Origin: Haliotis rubra
Lineage: Eukaryota
DNA: 64,000 nt
Assembly: GCF_003918875.1 (NCBI RefSeq)
Contig: NW_025766248.1
Span: 1,054,001-1,118,000 of the forward strand
Direction: 5' to 3'
The notes beneath the pieces are model-generated. The model searched no databases and was not told where the DNA came from. It saw nothing but the letters and a program-made list of their open reading frames with translations. This document shows positions 61,411 to 64,000 of this stretch, one piece after another; within the stretch, counting starts at the first letter, position 1, and the number at the start of each line of letters is the position of its first letter. The translations under genes and the position numbers were made by a program.

Positions 61411-61819
61411 TATCACACAAAATGCACACTGAGACGCTTTGTAGATATCACATTAGCTATACCTAGTATTAGCTATCATCCTCATTATATCCAGGGTATT
61501 ACATCTCCATACAATAATTTAGGAAGTACCCGCATGCGATTAGTAAATGATAAAGTCTGGACCAGACAAGCGTGTGGTTGATAACATGAGCATTATGTGT
61601 ACGCTGACACGCAATCGACCAAGTCACCCAATCCATTCCTATAGACCTTGTGGGCCTTAACAAACAATTGATTCTACTGGAAGAAATAAGCTTATGTTGC
61701 CTACATGTTCTCCTAAAATGTTGTCTTCATATTATTTTTTTGATTTTTTAGTATTAGTCTGATACAACTTATGCGTATGGTGTAACGCTGGTTTTATTAA
61801 GTATTTTTGTATGTCATAT

Positions 61820-62660
61820 TGGACTGAAACAGGGCTGTGTATTAAGCCCCATTTTATTTACATTTTTGAACAATGAGGTTGACTGCCGATGATCTTGACA
61901 CATGTCGAAGAGAAGAACAATTATTCCTGACTGACATACATTCTTTTCTATTAATGTTTGCTGATTACGTTATTTTTATTTCTGATCGAGTATGTCCTAC
62001 AATCGTGGAAGTTAAATGTCAACCTTTCGAAAATGAAAATAATTGTTCTTCGTAAAAAGGTAGAAAATGGTTTTATCGATATCGTAATGAAATTGATTCA
62101 GAATATTACTGACCTTGGACTTTTGATGAGCAGAATCACATTTGGCGATATAAATGGGAAAAGGCCATCATTGAATGTTTTCATATTAGTTTGGGCAATG
62201 GAAAAGTCCCACTTGGAATATTTTTGTCAATATATAATAAAATGAAACCCATCCTTCTTTGTGGATGGGAAATATAAAGGACATCGAAGACGAGAGGTGG
62301 TAGAGAGGGCCCAATTTCTCTCATGTAAAACATTATCTGTACAGGCATTAACCAGTCCTAATGTAATGGCTTCAGTAGAATGCGGACGATACCCATTGTT
62401 GTAGATGATGGTTGGGTTGACTTATTAAAATACTGGATAAAACTACTTCACATCCTATCCGATAAACTTCCGAGGTGAGGGCAAATGTTAGTTAATCCTG
62501 ACTCAAAGGTGAACAGAACTGGCCAGGAGATGTTAGACATATTTATTTAGTTTTAGGTCTTGGCTATGCTTGGGTCTTACAAGACGTTGGATGTATAGGT
62601 AAATTAGTTTTCGTCACATTTTCAAACCAAATTAAAGATATGTACCGCCAAAATTCCAAA
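61820..62660 (+). mobile_element. Decayed RTE-X-like LINE reverse transcriptase
   Basis: Broken frames contain GLKQGCVLSPILF, LLMFADY, WKLNVNLSKMKIIV, KPILL, ECGRYPL, KYWIKLL and GLGYAW. Confidence 0.65.
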
Positions 62661-62662
62661 TA

Positions 62663-64000
62663 TACTCCTGCTACCAAAAGAAACGCACGGGTGATAATGG
62701 AATTTAAAATTAACTTTATTTTATTTCTATGCAAACAAAACCGGTTACCTTTAACCAAACATAATGTATACTTGTTCATATCCATTAAGTATCAGCTCAA
62801 ACACACCCATTTCATGAAATATTGTTGTTTGATGATGGTTTTAGAAATATCATGAAATTTTCACGTGTAAATGACACTTCGAACGATATGCACGTGAAAG
62901 TTGCTTCACCTATGCACCAGTGTGTAGGGTATGTAGGGGAAGGCAGTTTAACGTGTTCAATTCACTTTCAACGCCAGTTTGCGGCAATTCAACGTACCAT
63001 GCCACGACTTAGCAGAAGCTGACCGGAACATCGCCATCGGACGTCTTAGAAGCTGGCGAATCTCAGTCATCAGTTGCAAGACACTTCCAGCGTGCATCAC
63101 ACAGCAATTTCCCGTTTACATGGAGGCGCTACAATCAAGCTGGGCTCGACCCGCGACCGACCTCGGGATGATTAGCTGGTACGGTAACCAATGCTGCACA
63201 GGACACGCTACATCCCGGGTGTTCCATTTACGTAACCGGGCCGTCCCAGCAACACAAACAGCAGAGAACGTCCCAGAGTCTTCGCCGCGTCTCCGCTGAA
63301 CCATCGAAAATCGCCTCCAGACAGCGCGGGATACGCGCCCTCGACGACCTCCCACAGTAGGATGCACACTACGACCTCATCATCGCCCTGGCACGTGTTC
63401 GATGGTGCCCAGGAGCGTCCAGAGATGGAATTGGAGACATTTGGCGGCAGATTTGGTTCAGCGGCAGATCCTCGTTTCCAACTTCGAGAACACGATGGTA
63501 GGACGAGGGTCATATAGACGGAGAGCTTGAGACGTTACGCCCGTAATTGTGTAAGTTGAAGCGGACCAGATTTGGAGAGTGTAAAGTGGTATGGGGGCCA
63601 TTTCTTACAACAGGAGAAGTGACTTGAGGGTACGTCCGTGGTAACCCTGACGCTGCAATTCGTTACAGGGATGAGAATTCTGCAGCAATCATCTTGCTTT
63701 ACCTATGTCATCAACCCTCAGCGTCACGTTTTTTCCAACAGGACAACGCCAAAGGACCGCCACGTGGCTCGCATCACGATGGACTACCCGACCCGAATCA
63801 GGAACATCCACAGTTCTTCCCTGGCCTTCAAAATCCCCGATTTCAACCCAGTACAGAGCATTTGTGGGACCAGCCTGGAAACGCGTTCGACACGTCGTCG
63901 AGAAGCTTCAACTAAACGATTGCAACAACTGCTCTCAGAAGCCTTGCAGGAGATGGAGGAGGATCCCCAAGCACGGATTCAAAGACTGATCGTGTCCATG
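62663..64000 (+). mobile_element. Tc1-like transposon, heavily frameshifted, runs off window end
   Basis: TA|TACTCCTGCTACCAAAAGAAACGCA left-end-like sequence; ATG at 62999 gives MPRLS-EADRNIAIGRL-EAGESQSSVARHF; later VWGAISY, FQQDNA and WPSKSP...EHLWD motifs. Confidence 0.8.

Overview
Eukaryotic, intron-rich, repeat-dense animal DNA. The gene set and SINE types suggest a mollusc, possibly an abalone-like gastropod (inference). Genes reconstructed by hand from GT-AG splice sites with consistent phases are: the last six exons of UBA3 (+); a two-exon, N-acylation-motif stathmin-domain/CCDC198-like gene (-); a complete 10-exon FBXO7 (-, 520 aa) head-to-head with an intronless phosphoglycerate kinase (+, 416 aa); a four-exon universal stress protein (USP) gene (+, 154 aa); a single-coding-exon Toll-like receptor (+, 823 aa); and the frameshifted first exon of a second USP paralog (+). 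The rest is mobile DNA: L2 and RTE-X LINE remnants, two Tc1 relics, a back-to-back inverted pair of Academ-type relics, hAT/Harbinger/Helentron-type MITEs, several SINE families and minisatellites. The most notable observations are (1) an abundant short retroelement whose fixed 5' end folds into a pseudoknot with compensatory changes between copies (candidate ribozyme-like or cis-acting RNA), (2) the USP-TLR-USP cluster, (3) the intronless PGK (candidate retrogene), and (4) a 5S rRNA-derived SINE sharing its 3' tail with the local L2 LINE. No searches were run; family calls come from motif recognition.
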